A DNA stretch of 64,000 nt from Yuukianura sp. NJ FZ-2021 (taxonomy: Eukaryota), in contig CM102286.1 in assembly GCA_046563655.1 (NCBI GenBank), positions 10,168,001 to 10,232,000 on the forward strand, given 5' to 3'. Within the stretch, counting starts at the first letter, position 1. Each line of letters starts with the position of its first letter. This document shows, piece after piece, positions 1 to 11,690 of the stretch. The notes beneath the pieces are model-generated. The model was given only the letters and a program-made list of their open reading frames with translations, was not told the DNA's origin and ran no database searches. Made by a program: the position numbers and the translations under genes.

Positions 1-384
1 AGTAATGTTAGCCTGTTCGTGGTATCCTAAACGCAGACAAAAAATATTTTTGTAATTTAAAATTATTTGAGAGTAACTTACTCAAACTTCCAATATTGAG
101 TTAAGTCAACTAAAGTTCTGCGCATTTTATACCATCTTGAATGTTCAAAATGGAGGAACTCCAGGTTTCGAAAATTTCCTCTTGCCATTGTTTTAGTAGA
201 GTTTCAAACCGACCATGTTGATATATTTGCCATTCAGTTGGTTCTACTGAAAACACTTCAATTTAAAAACAAAAGTGTTAGGAGAAGAGGTGTTGAAGTA
301 ACTTGTAAAATTTTAAAAAGACAAATATGTTATACCTGCTTGATGAGTTAATGCAAACAAGAAAATTCCAAATACAACGATCAT
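1..384 (-). CDS. 5' exons of a secreted protein gene (same gene as 53800-55684), running off the window edge
   Basis: ATG at 384 gives MIVVFGIFLFALTHQA (signal-peptide-like), followed by a GT donor; matches 55301-55684. Confidence 0.6.
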
Positions 385-902
385 TGTTAATATCTAATGT
401 GATAAAATATCTGATGTGAAAAACGAGTAAACCACGAACTAGTACGTTGCAACTTCTACTAGAGACTGCCTGTTAAGGTTGTGCAAAATAAAAAAAAAAC
501 AGGTTACCAAAGGTCAGGTCACTTTCTGATATTATGTCCTCATCCCCATCCGTCGCGAGTTCTGTGATACAAATAAAAACTTTTTCTTGGAAACAAATCA
601 GCGCTCCCTTCCTGACCGACGCTTGAAAAAAGCATAAGTAAAGCATAGGTGATTCGATAAACATTATCATACTCTAATTGACGAGTGTTGGTCCTTCCCA
701 ATGTTAACAGCATGACCATGCAAACTATATGTGCAAAAAACTCTCTATGTGTGGAAGAGTGGAAAGATTCAGGGGTGTCCCTTTTCCATTACTCCTCCAA
801 GCACAGACTTCCAAAAATTCCATCTCAACTCAATCAGAGCACAAAAAAGGGGGGGTCTGTGGGGGCTTGCCCCCCCAGCCTCATCAATACATTTTCGATT
901 CA

Positions 903-1054
903 ACTAGACAGAACCCGTGATGTGTACACATCACGAAATTACCTAGGTCATACCTCGGGTCAAACGAAAAAGCTAGCGGATTTTTGACAAAATGTTCAAA
1001 TTCATCCTTCCTTCATGTCATCGTGATGTGTAAACATCACGGGTTCCGTCTAGT
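903..1054. mobile_element. 152-bp inverted-repeat element with Helitron-like 3' termini (hairpin + CTAG) at both ends
   Basis: ACTAGACAGAACCCGTGATGT...ACATCACGGGTTCCGTCTAGT; each end has a GTGATGT-N4-ACATCAC hairpin about 9 nt from CTAG. Confidence 0.55.
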
Positions 1055-1591
1055 ATACAATAAACCGGTTGTAAACCGCGCATAACGAAATAGCTCAAGC
1101 CAATAGATGGTTTTCCCCCAGGTGGGGAATGTGGGGGTGGGTACTCACTCTTTTTCCCTATTCTTCCCCGTTTCCCCTACATTCCCCACCATTTCCCACA
1201 TTCACACGCCCCTCCCCCCTCGGAAGAGTGGGGGGTGGGTTCCCCCCACCCCCGGGGGAGTGGGAGTGGGTTTCCCCACTTTCCCGCATCTCCGTGGGGG
1301 AATGGGAGTGTTCCCCCACTTTTTCGCTCCGCACCCCAGGGAGCGCGGCGGTGTGTTCCCCCACTTTTCCGCCCTTCCGCCCCCCCGGGTAGTGGGGGTG
1401 GGTTCCCCCCACTATTCGGCCTCTTCCCCCGGGGGAGTGGGGGAGGGTTCCCCCACTTTTCCGCCCCCCCCCCGGGGGAGTGGAGGGTGTGGCGTTTTGG
1501 GAACAGTCCCACTCCCAACCGCCAAGGATAGAGGTGTATGGAATGGACAGTGCCTGTTATGGTAGCCTTCCGATTCTATCCTGTGCAGATT

Positions 1592-1667
1592 GTGACTCGA
1601 TAGCTTAAGGGTTAGAGCTGTCTCCCCGGATTGGAGAAGGCGTGGGTTCGAATCCCACTCGGTCACT
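1592..1667 (+). ncRNA. tRNA-like Pol III unit in LTR1 (GGA at the anticodon position; probably not a decoding tRNA)
   Basis: A box TAGCTTAAGGG, B box GGTTCGAATCC, anticodon stem TCTCC/GGAGA, T stem GTGGG/CCCAC, T6 terminator; C instead of U33, bulged acceptor stem, no long Ser variable arm. Confidence 0.8.
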
Positions 1668-1879
1668 TATTTTTTCTGCACTGTCATCGTGTGTCTCTCA
1701 AGCTATGTGAGCCCTGATCCCTCACATATGGTGCCGAAAGCCGGGAAGGCAGTGAGGGGGCTTGAGGGGCGGGTGATGTGGCGTTTGGGAACAGTCCCAC
1801 TCCCAACCGCCAAGGATAGAGGTGTATGGAATGGACAGTGCCTGTTATGGTAGCCTTCCGATTCTATCCTGTGCAGATT

Positions 1880-1955
1880 GTGACTCGATAGCTTAAGGGT
1901 TAGAGCTGTCTCCCCGGATTGGAGAAGGCGTGGGTTCGAATCCCACTCGGTCACT
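1880..1955 (+). ncRNA. tRNA-like Pol III unit in LTR2
   Basis: Identical to 1592-1667. Confidence 0.8.
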
Positions 1956-2879
1956 TATTTTTTCTGCACTGTCATCGTGTGTCTCTCAAGCTATGTGAGC
2001 CCTGATTCCTCACAAGGGGTCCCCCACTTTTCCGCCCCCCCGGGGGAGTGGGGGCTTCCCCCCACTTTTCCCACCTAGGATGGCTGCCTTATGCGAGAAT
2101 GGGCAAGGTAGCAGGCTTGCCTTACCCATCTACACTGTATGTGAATATGTTGACCTTTGATCCCGGTTTTGACCCCCTTGGAGGGGTCAGAGACCCATGG
2201 TTCATATACCAGAGTTGTTCCCCTCAATGAGAGGAACAACTTTTGTTAGGGTCATTTTCCCGGTTTTATATTCAAAAGGTCAATGACCTTGACCTTTGAC
2301 CCAGTAAAAGGTCAAGTGTCGGGATAATATTTAAACTTGATCTGGCGGCCGACATGAGATGTCCATTGGTGAAAACCCGGATAAAAGCGGACCAGTAGTT
2401 TCCGAGATAATTTGGCGACTCGGACAGACAGACAGACAGACAGACAGACATGAATCAGATTATTAAATAGCTTTCGCTATTTAATAAGTGTGCATTTTAG
2501 TATACAACAAACTTCAGCAGCTCTTTCCTCTTTCAGTGGCTTCTAATAAAGCTTAAACAATCTGACTCTCGTTGTTTTCTACTTGACCTCATACGACCTT
2601 ACTCTGGCTCCACTAGCATAATCTGGAGTATGCGTTTTTATTGGTCCGTAGCCCGAGTAAATGTAAAGATTTTGAAATTAGTTTTTTTTTAATTTTCGAA
2701 CTGAAAAGTACATAGCTTTATTTTTTTTTAACTAAACTTTTGACTCATTGGGTTGTCGACGTTACACGCAAAAAGTCCAAAATTTCAGCTCAAATTTCGG
2801 AAGATTTTAAAGTTTCGATGCTGCGGCTGCAGTGGTAAAGCAGATTTCAGGAATAAAACCGACAACTTTACGTCAGACA

Positions 2880-3500
2880 TCAGACAGCAACTAGTCTAAA
2901 CTTCATTCTCTGTTCAGCAACACTTCCAAACCACAAGTGATTTCTCTCTGAAATGTCTGTCACTTCTGCATCGAATTTAGTGACAAACTGTTTCACTAAT
3001 ATTTTTAAAATGTTTGTTGAAATATTTCTGCCTGTACATGCATGTACGCCGGCACGCCACAACCACAGTAGCTTAGGATCCATCTTTTCCGGGTTATCTT
3101 CACGCATCAACCGCTCCGGGTTGTAATTCTGCGCCTGTTCAAAAATGTCATTTCCCGGTTCCATTTCAAAAAGAAGCGATCCAGGGACTGCTACTACGTC
3201 CACGCTTCCTACATAGTATGAACCAACTACGGAGTTTGCATGGGGACTACGAACACTTACAATTCCATTACCATTTAAACGCATGCCTTCTATCACACAA
3301 GCATGTAGAAGCTTGTTTCGCAGAGTTTCATCTATACTTGCTCCGCCCAACTCTTCTTGTAGTTAACGCCAAAGGTCCGAACGACTAGTTAATTCTTTTA
3401 AAATTTGCATGTTGTGAGGAAAGTGTTGGAAGTGCGTGGTGAGCAAGATTTCGCATACTTCTTGTGCTGATAACGTCTGAGGGCCATTAGCAGTCGCGCG
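2880..3500 (-). pseudogene. Cytochrome P450 C-terminal fragment, divergent and intronless
   Basis: ExxR (EGMR), PERF-like (YNPERL) and heme motif (WRAGVHACTG); in-frame TAA upstream (LWR*LQEE); no N-terminal half evident. Confidence 0.7.
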
Positions 3501-4351
3501 AGGAGTATCGATCAAAAAAATTGTGAACTTACATTTTCTAATAAGCTCAACCTTTGCAAAAACGTACTCTTTCTCTGCCCGCTGGTTTATTCTCGGTTAG
3601 TTTGCTTTAGCACTTACCTTTCTCAAAAATATAATTGTGAACTCTTTAGTATATCGGGTATGTGGAATTGTCAATCCTTATATAGAGCATTTTAAGAGGT
3701 TCTTAGCATGTATGCATTTAATCTTACTAAATTTGAATATTTCGCGGTCGCTCTGCTTAACGTTTCCATGTTTTCAATAAAATTGACCAAATTTAGCATG
3801 AGTAAAAGTCGTAAAAATAGTCTATCCAAGGTTTAAAGTATTAAATAAAAAACATAAATGCAGATTTTGAATAGAACCAATATAATTTAAAATCTCAATT
3901 ATGCTGCTTCGCATATTAATTTATGCATTACCTAACCCAAAAATTATTACATAAAGTTGGCGGTTGAATTATCAAATTGATATACTTGAATACCTAGCGT
4001 GTTAACTAACCGCGGTAAAAAATTACCAATTATTATTAGAAAATTTCATTGCGTTTCATATATCTAATTTATCGTTTTATTAGAATTTGGTACTATATTC
4101 AATTGTTATTAATTGAATTGAATTGAAGCTCCTAGCGCAAATGTATGCTTCATTGGCCATCTTTATCATCAGTAATATTCATTGGGAAGGGGATATATGT
4201 GGATGAAAAATTAAATTTAAAACGACCTGTAGAAACGGTATTGAAACCAAATAACCTTCGCAGCAACTCCAGCAGTTGAAAGTAGAGTGCTTTTTTTGAA
4301 ATTTTGTGGTAATGATAAAGTTAAAACTTATTGTCTTGACAGGGATAAAAA

Positions 4352-6001
4352 TCAGAGATTTCGTTCTAGAATCCAGTTGCAGGCATTGCTGCCTTCCCAC
4401 GGATTCTGGAGGCTGACAGCAAAGCTAGATTGTGCAGACGCAGTACCGTTACCCGCTGAGTAATGGCAGAGGGACCTTTGTGAAGGCCCGCCGAAATTGA
4501 AATTAAAACTGATATCGGTGGTTGTGTGTTCATTTTCGTGAACTGGCGTATGTGTCATAGGGAAAACGGGGTTAGCGGTCCACGCAATTTTTTCATCAGA
4601 TGACCTGGAACTGAGAAAAACGGAAGATCCACCGCTCGTAACTAAGCCAAAGTGTTTTTCTGGGTCATCCACCTTTCGTTCCAGTCGGAACTTGAGGTCA
4701 TCACCACTCTCCAAAGGTAGTAAAATCCAACTGTGGAAAACGAAGGAAGTAAAATGAATTTCTTGTTAAAATATTCTGAATAAATGTTTCACTCACCCGC
4801 ATAATTCCTCCAATCGGTTAAGTGGTTGTTCTCGCAGTACCACGACTTCCAGTTGTACGTCTAAATTGTCAACATTGTTTCTGGTGGAGCCTGGGTAGGA
4901 TAATTCACGCAAATACATGCCATTTCCAACATTCTTAATACAAAGCACTCTTCCCCAGATTAGGTTTTGAATTTGAAGTGGGAATTTTTGCTTGATTTCT
5001 TCTGAAACGTCGAATCGGCGAGCCAATGATGCAAGTCTAATAGTGTGTTGTGATGTGATGAGATTGAAAGACGACAATTTGGCAAGTGTGCTGTTCACCA
5101 CACTGTCTGTAAGATGGCGATCGTGACCTCCGAATTCGGTTAAAAACCAGACGATTTTTGGAAAGCCCATCGTAAATGCTTCGGCAGTAGAAGAAATGTC
5201 GTTCAAAAAGGATTCGATCAAAAAAATCAGTTCGTCCGCATCGTCAACGTCGCGAATCACTGCGCGCATTAAATCTGAATCTCGGAGTACGATGCCTTGC
5301 ACAAGTAGCTCCAAGTGTATTTTAGAGTCCTAAAAATAATAACTATAATTTTACTTAAGAAGGGGACTCTCATCACTCAAGTCAAAAGCATTTTTATCAT
5401 AGAGAGAATCGATTCAGCGACTACGATCACACGTTTACGTACCTTAGCCCATCCTTCAAATTGTATAATCTTGTTTTGAAAATTAGCATAGCTTGTGCTG
5501 AACGCATCTGGACATCTACTGGGACCTTCGGTGAGCCACTCTTCTCGTAAAAAATTTGCACGGGTTTTGATGGCTTCCAGCTGACTCAACGTGGTGGAAT
5601 TGGCGCCAGCGCTTCTTCCCCTGTTGATTACTTCATCTGCTTCGGCATCAATTAAGCGAAGTTGTGCATTAATTTCTACAGTACGCTTCGGGCATGCGTT
5701 GGCTTCTGGATTTTGCGCAATGAGAGTCAGAATGTCACTGAGTCCCGGTTGGGCCGCAACCCGACGCGTCCATTCTCTAAACAGTGAGTCCAACTTGTGG
5801 CGCTGTTCGGTTTCAGTAAGACGTGCAGATCCTGTGTTCAAGCAATTGACATTTACAAGCAGAAAGTACTTGGCACTTGATTAAAATTATTTACCCAACG
5901 GTAGCTTTACAAACTAGTACCAAAGTTTCAGACTCACCTGAATTTCCTCTTACTTGGTTCAACACTGGCAAAATCAATATGATTAATGCTAAATTTCTCA
6001 T
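4352..6001 (-). CDS. Secreted 4-exon protein: helical N-terminal region plus 30K-lipoprotein/ricin-B beta-trefoil-like C-terminus
   Basis: Signal exon MRNLALIILILPVLNQVRGNS (6001-5938, GTGAGT donor); motif FPLQIQNLIWGRVLCIKN...YLRE; paralog at 53800-55684 shares an intron position. Confidence 0.65.
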
Positions 6002-6923
6002 TTTGAGTTGCCTGGCAACTTGAAGCTGCAGTTGCAAATGTTCTTTAACAGAAATCCTTAACTATGTTTTATTTCAGTTTGTCGTTTGTTCCCGGATTCA
6101 AAAATCTCAAATGCCGTAGAAAAGCAACACACTAATGGAAGCGTCATATCAATATTAAAAGTAACTAGGAACGCGAGTTCTAAGAGTTGTAGGTCGACAT
6201 TGATTAGTCGAGTTCTTACGAACAGTTGGTAGCTTCTGAGAAAGGCTCTTGAAACGAAAGAATATCTTCAGGTCAAAGGTCAAGCATTAGATTCATTCCG
6301 ACTTAAGTTACTTAGCAATTCTCTATAATATCGGCATAAGTATTAAATTATCGCAATTCTAATCAAAAATGTAATTTATCACAAAAAGGCGTCGTGTGCA
6401 GCACCGTGAACTCAAATGTTGATCAAACTATTCTGCGACTTAAAAACGTCAAGCAGAAGCTAACATTATACTTTGCAGCAACCAATTCTTTGAAAATGTG
6501 ACGTTAGCTGAAAATGACATTAAAGATCACGGGTCAAACAACAGATTCTTGGAATTGGTCAACTTTTTACAGTAAATCTAAAATAAGCAACCTGAGATTA
6601 CGGGATCCTAAGAAATTACATCCCTATAATTTCTTTTGGTTTAGCAAAGTCCAACTTACTATGAGATTAACTTTAAGTTTTGCAAACTAAACTCAACTTT
6701 CAGTTTAAATTTGTCAATTGCGTTTAGAAGTGCCTTTCATCTAAGTCAAACCCTTCAAAGTGTCGTCGACTTTTTCGAGTCTAAAAATATTTACCTAATT
6801 GTAACTTTATCCTACTAATATATTAAAACAGCTGATTTAATTGTAGTAACCCAGAAATTTTGTGTATCTTTATAGATGGGATTGTAGATCGAAGTCATCA
6901 AATATGGTAAAATGGTTTGCATA

Positions 6924-8538
6924 TTAATTTGAATCATGTTTCAATAAATAGGTCGCCATGTACATGACGGTGAAAAGCAAAAACAGAGCGGGATAAGCAA
7001 TTCTAGCAGCCACGTCCACTTTTTTGGGCCAGGTCATTTGGGCGTACCTTTTCAATGGATTGGCCTTTGGGTCAAGCAGAGTTACCTCAGATTCAGCAGG
7101 AGATTGGTTTCCACCGCCCCAGTAGTTGACCAACACACAAATGACCAAAGCAGAAAAAACAAATGTTAGGGAGAACCCGGTCCACACGTCAATGGCCTTC
7201 GTGTACGACACAGGAGGCGTTGCTGCATTTATAAACCACGTTGCAGAAGACATTATGAGCAAGGTTACCAAGGTCAATGTTATTCTTGCGCTTGTCTCCT
7301 TTTGATCAACCCAGAATGCCATATACGCCACAATCACGAACATCGTCGTGGGAATGTAGACTTGAATCAAGTAGTAAGAGAACTCACGTCGAAATAGAAA
7401 ATCAACACGAAGACAACTGTAAACTCCTAGCGTTAAAAAAAACGAGATTTAAAAATCTAAAGTTAACTTGTTGCTTTGCGGCTGGATTTGAAGCTGCTGC
7501 TAACCTGTGTTAGTATGAGAATCACAGTAGTCTGTCGTAAACTGCTCCAACGCAAATCGAGGCAAATGAAGAGCCGGGGTCACTTGTACTGGGTCATCAA
7601 TCTTCCATTTAAAAATTAAGTCGTCAGTTGTAAATCCGTCTAGGACCAAAAAAGAATATCAGAAGGCCAAACTGGAATGTTGTACTTTGGCTTTCTTACA
7701 ACTGGCCATGCGGAGGCTGCAAGTTTGCTTGTCCAGTGGGTACAGTTTTAGTATCATTGGGCAACTTAAAGTAAGGCTCACTCTGAAATAAGTATGAACC
7801 TAATCAGTGTTAGGCAAAATATCAAGGTTTTTAATAAAATATATTTAATCACACAAGAAACTTTACCTAACGCTGTACAGGACCTGCCCATCCGGGAATA
7901 TCCGAACGTAAACGTTTGGTTTGAGAAGATCATGCAGATGACCTTCCTTTTCATTGGAAAAGAACAAATCTGGGATCCAGACCTTAGAAGACGTGCTCAA
8001 GGTCAAGTACTGTTTTTGTCCTGCCAATTCTGGAGAGGATTTGCCCCAGGCCAACCTTTCGTCGAGCCACAACATTCGAAATGTCAACTGCGTTTTGTAG
8101 ATCTTTCGAAAAAAAATTAAAGTTGAAAATTTTTTCTTTTGGACCTAAAATTCATTTTAACAATTACCATTTTCACGTCATCGATATCATCAACTGACCT
8201 CACGTACATGTTGACATTCACAACAGTTGCTCCTGAAATATTTTTTGTTACATTTTGCACGTAATTTTCTGTTGAATACTCTTAGTACTATATAAATATT
8301 AAACCTGTGCCATTAGCTCCTTGTGGACGAATGTGAGTATCGTAGTTCTTCGGATCCAAAATTGAATTCAAAGTTTGCCGCTCCATTTCTTGAATTGATA
8401 CTCCGCCTCTAATATTTTAGAAAAGAATATTTTAGTAAAAAAAATATTTCAAATGAATATGAATAATTCTTACACTCGGTTTTGGAAGAGTAACGCCGTC
8501 ACAAAGCAAAGCAAAAATTCGACGCGGTCCGTTTTCAT
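6924..8538 (-). CDS. Cys-loop ligand-gated anion channel subunit, glutamate-gated chloride channel-like (multi-exon)
   Basis: Signal peptide from ATG 8538; WIPDLFF, Cys-loop CPMILKLYPLDKQTC, loop C YCDSHTNTG..YSC, M1-M4, PPVSYTKAIDVW. Confidence 0.9.
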
Positions 8539-11315
8539 TTCTTTCTTTTTTGTTTGACTTATCGATGTTAAGAAGTTTCTGAATTCGTGAAGTTTTTAGA
8601 ATTTTTTTTCAAATGTGAGCTTTGATGATGAACTTCGAGAGCCGCTGCTTTGTTCAATGTCCAAACAATTATGTTCATAAAGTGTTGCAGTCTTTACTTT
8701 AAATTGACCATAGTGACCTTCCAAATCATCTTTCCAAACATTATCCTAAACAGTCAGTTCATGTTAAATTCACGTCATTGCCACTTAGTTTAAATTAAGT
8801 CTGGTTAAGACGCAATGTATGATTAATGCTTTATTAAAATTTTCCACTGTCAGCGTCGCATGTTTTTACAGGAAAATATTGTTGACGCAATAAACATGAA
8901 AAACATGGTTATACTATATCATTGCGAGCGCTTTATTTAATTTCGCTGGACTTTGGATTTTCAACATTATTGGCTTGACCTTGATAGATGAGCGAATTTA
9001 TATTCACTGAGGTGAGACCAAGTTTTGATGTATTTAATTGCGTACACTCCTTTGAGCTATCGCATATGTCGATTTTGTGATTTTGATGCAACCGTCTAGT
9101 GCTAACTTATAGTAAGACACCTTCGGAAGTGCAAAAATAATTTCTCTTTCAAATTTTTTAAATCTGTGGAATAGCGCAAGAGGCGATCGGACTTATAAAA
9201 CTTAAGTGAACTTATATAATCACTTTGAAAAATGTCGCTTTACTTTCTGCGACCTTTTGGACAACATCCTGTTTTGTTTTTTGATCTAAGATGGTTTGAT
9301 TTTTTCTTTGGGTTGTGTCGGCTCTAAAGATGTGTCGTAAACATAACTTCAAAACAAGCAGTCACCAGGACATGGATACTCGACACTGTTATAGTGTTTA
9401 TTTTGAAAGCCACAATATTTGTTTTACCAAAACACCTCCGTCTGACGTTTGAAACTTTTAAATACAAGTTCTAAAGCACTTCAAAATTTTGTGTCCTATA
9501 TTTTGGCAATTAGCGGAATCCCGTCATATGCCACGAATTTAATTCATAATCCACCCAACGCAATTTGTTAAACTGCAACGAGTTCGGGGTTTTGTACGGT
9601 TTTTGGATTGTCGGGCGTTGACCTGCCGCGCTAAATTGCACGGAAAGATGAACTGTTTGATCCCTCACCGTTCTCTTTCTGTTAATAAAGGTACTTGAAT
9701 CATTTATCTCCTGGACTTTCACATTCCGGTTAACTTGATTGATTTTGTCACGGGCATGGTGCTGGCTGATAAGTGGAGCAAAAAATTAAAGTTTATAAGT
9801 GTAAAAAATATGTATTATGAAACGTAATGGAGTTTCCAGGTTGTTCAACTCGTTTTCAAATTAATTTATGACACTTATGTCTTTTGGTCGACTCTCTTCA
9901 TTAGTTTTACCATTATTGCCATCAGAACCTCTACGGGAAGCGTTGCTTTCTTTAGTAAAGAAGTAAACGTCGAAAACGAACCGATCATGTAGACGCCGCG
10001 CATACGAGACACTTCAGCCATTTATTAAAGCGTCTATACGCATACGAACATTTTTCAGCATCATCTCAAATTGAATTTTTCATAATATGCTTCCCTATTT
10101 GGAATGAATTAAACTTAAGTGACTGCTTGCCAATCAATTCTGAAATTGATTTGCTTTATGTACGACTTAAAGGCTTGGGAATACCCTGCGGACGGGGTCG
10201 AAGTGCGCTTGATGATGAATTTTAAAATGGTTTAGCTCAGCACAGGAAGGTCGCACAGTACAGTGACCAAATAATAATATACAAAGCTTGAGGAACAGAC
10301 TGGATCTTGTACTTTCAAATAAAAAATTGCAAAAAGTTTTGTGAAACAAATTGTCCCAAGTTATTCCACATACGGTTCAAACACACAAAAATATTTTTCT
10401 ACCCCATGTTGTCCAATTCTTCAATGTTTGAGAATGATTTTCAACGAGCCAGAGTAAAGGGGTTATTCGGTTTCGGTAATTAATCAAATTAGGTGATGCT
10501 GGGTTGCATGCAACCAGTTCTAAAAATGGGAGACAAAATCGTAGCACAATCTTCTTCATATGCTACGATGAAATATAGAGAGCTAATCAATTAAACTTTA
10601 ATACAATGGACATTACACGTGTGGATATTATTTTAGACTAATGTTACTAATCAAGGGCTGAATAAAAAAGTGTGTCTATTTTCCGAAAGAATGATAGTTT
10701 TATGCATGAAGTAGTAAAGCAATAAAGTAATATATTACAGTATATATATTTATTCATACTTTGAAATTGATTATTTAATCTGTAAGCGATTATTAGAAGT
10801 ACTTTTTTAATGCTGAAGGTATAATTAAATTAGAATTTATCAACTAAAATTTAGCCATAAAATGAGCTAAATAAATACTTCTAATGTCATATCTGTCAAT
10901 CTGCCCGAAGTTTTTGTTCACGATTTAATCAGTTTGCCTGATTTCCTTCTTGTTCTAATTTTAGTTTTAATAACTTTTCTAAGAAATTTTTACGGAAAAG
11001 TACAGGTTAGGAGGAGGTGACAATGAACTTAGTGAATCACCAGCGTCTTATTAGTAAGAACAATTAAAAAAAAACTTAACAAAGTGTTTTTCTTGGACAA
11101 AAGACAATGCCAGGGTGTAGTCAAGTTAACATTGTCCACCCATGCCAAATGACTTTAAAGCCAGAGGAAAAAGTACTACATTGGGCTGACGACATGTTTT
11201 TCGGACAGTCCAGATTTGGAAATCGCTTCTGCTCAAACTTCTTCCAAGCCTATCGAATCCAACTTACTAACTAATCTAAAGTAAAGCTAACTTAAAGTTA
11301 CTTAATTGAGCAATT

Positions 11316-11690
11316 ATGAGCAAGGTGCCAACTGTCATCGTCTGGGTCATTTTTGCACTGGGGTATTTCGTATTACGGAATCAGGCAGAAAAATTCGATA
11401 AAGAGAAAAATGTCACCGCACCGGTTGCTAAACCTATTTATTTGGAATTTTGGACGAAGCCAAATTCCCAAGGGTTTAGATACGGTAAGCGTGCCAACTA
11501 CATTAAATGTTATTAGCTTATTTAATTAAAGTGACCTAATCATAAAATAAAGTTAGATATAATGATACAATCATATTAAAATTGGATCTTAAAACCAAAC
11601 TTATTTTTTAGCTTTAGACGTGTTCTTGCCTCATAACACCAAGAAGTGCTACGCAATGCCAAGGCAAAGACGAAGAACGGAATGACATGC
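11316..11690 (+). CDS. Possible small secreted/membrane peptide gene (2 exons)
   Basis: Hydrophobic N-terminus, GTAAG donor near 11485 and acceptor near 11611; no recognised homology. Confidence 0.25.

Larger units (their letters stand above)
1488..2014 (+). mobile_element. TRIM (miniature LTR retrotransposon) with tRNA-like cassettes in both LTRs
   Basis: LTR1 1488-1726 and LTR2 1777-2014 (TGTG...CACA, 2 differences); PBS TGGTGCCGAAAGCCGGGA at 1729-1746; G-rich PPT before LTR2; 4-bp TSD AGGG (1484-1487, 2015-2018). Confidence 0.9.
1107..2076. repeat. G/C-run minisatellite (GGGGGAGTGGG...TTCCCCCACTTTTCCGCC), interrupted by a TRIM
   Basis: Imperfect units of roughly 40 bp; source of the spurious Pro/Gly-rich ORFs in all frames. 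Confidence 0.85.
1055..2488 (+). mobile_element. HINE/DINE-1-like non-autonomous Helentron with central G/C-rich tandem repeats
   Basis: 5' AATAAACCGGTTGTAAAC, (CAGA)n microsatellite and 3' hairpin TTATTAAATAGC-TTTC-GCTATTTAATAA; related ends at 52022-52630 and about 17900-17980. Confidence 0.55.
1..8709. repeat. Near-identical segmental duplicate (copy A) of 55301-64000
   Basis: Same sequence and ORF set at an offset of about 55300; differences are homopolymer lengths plus a few SNPs and indels. Confidence 0.97.

Noticed and set aside
1107..1954. Many overlapping Pro/Gly-rich ORFs (also 56409-57255)
   Set aside because: By-products of the G/C minisatellite and antisense tRNA-like sequence; frames differ between the two copies
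1592..1955. Tandem functional tRNA-Ser(GGA) genes
   Set aside because: No U33, no long variable arm, bulged acceptor stem, and both lie within LTRs
9510..9990. Possible minus-strand exons
   Set aside because: Could not assemble a consistent spliced frame or recognise any homology
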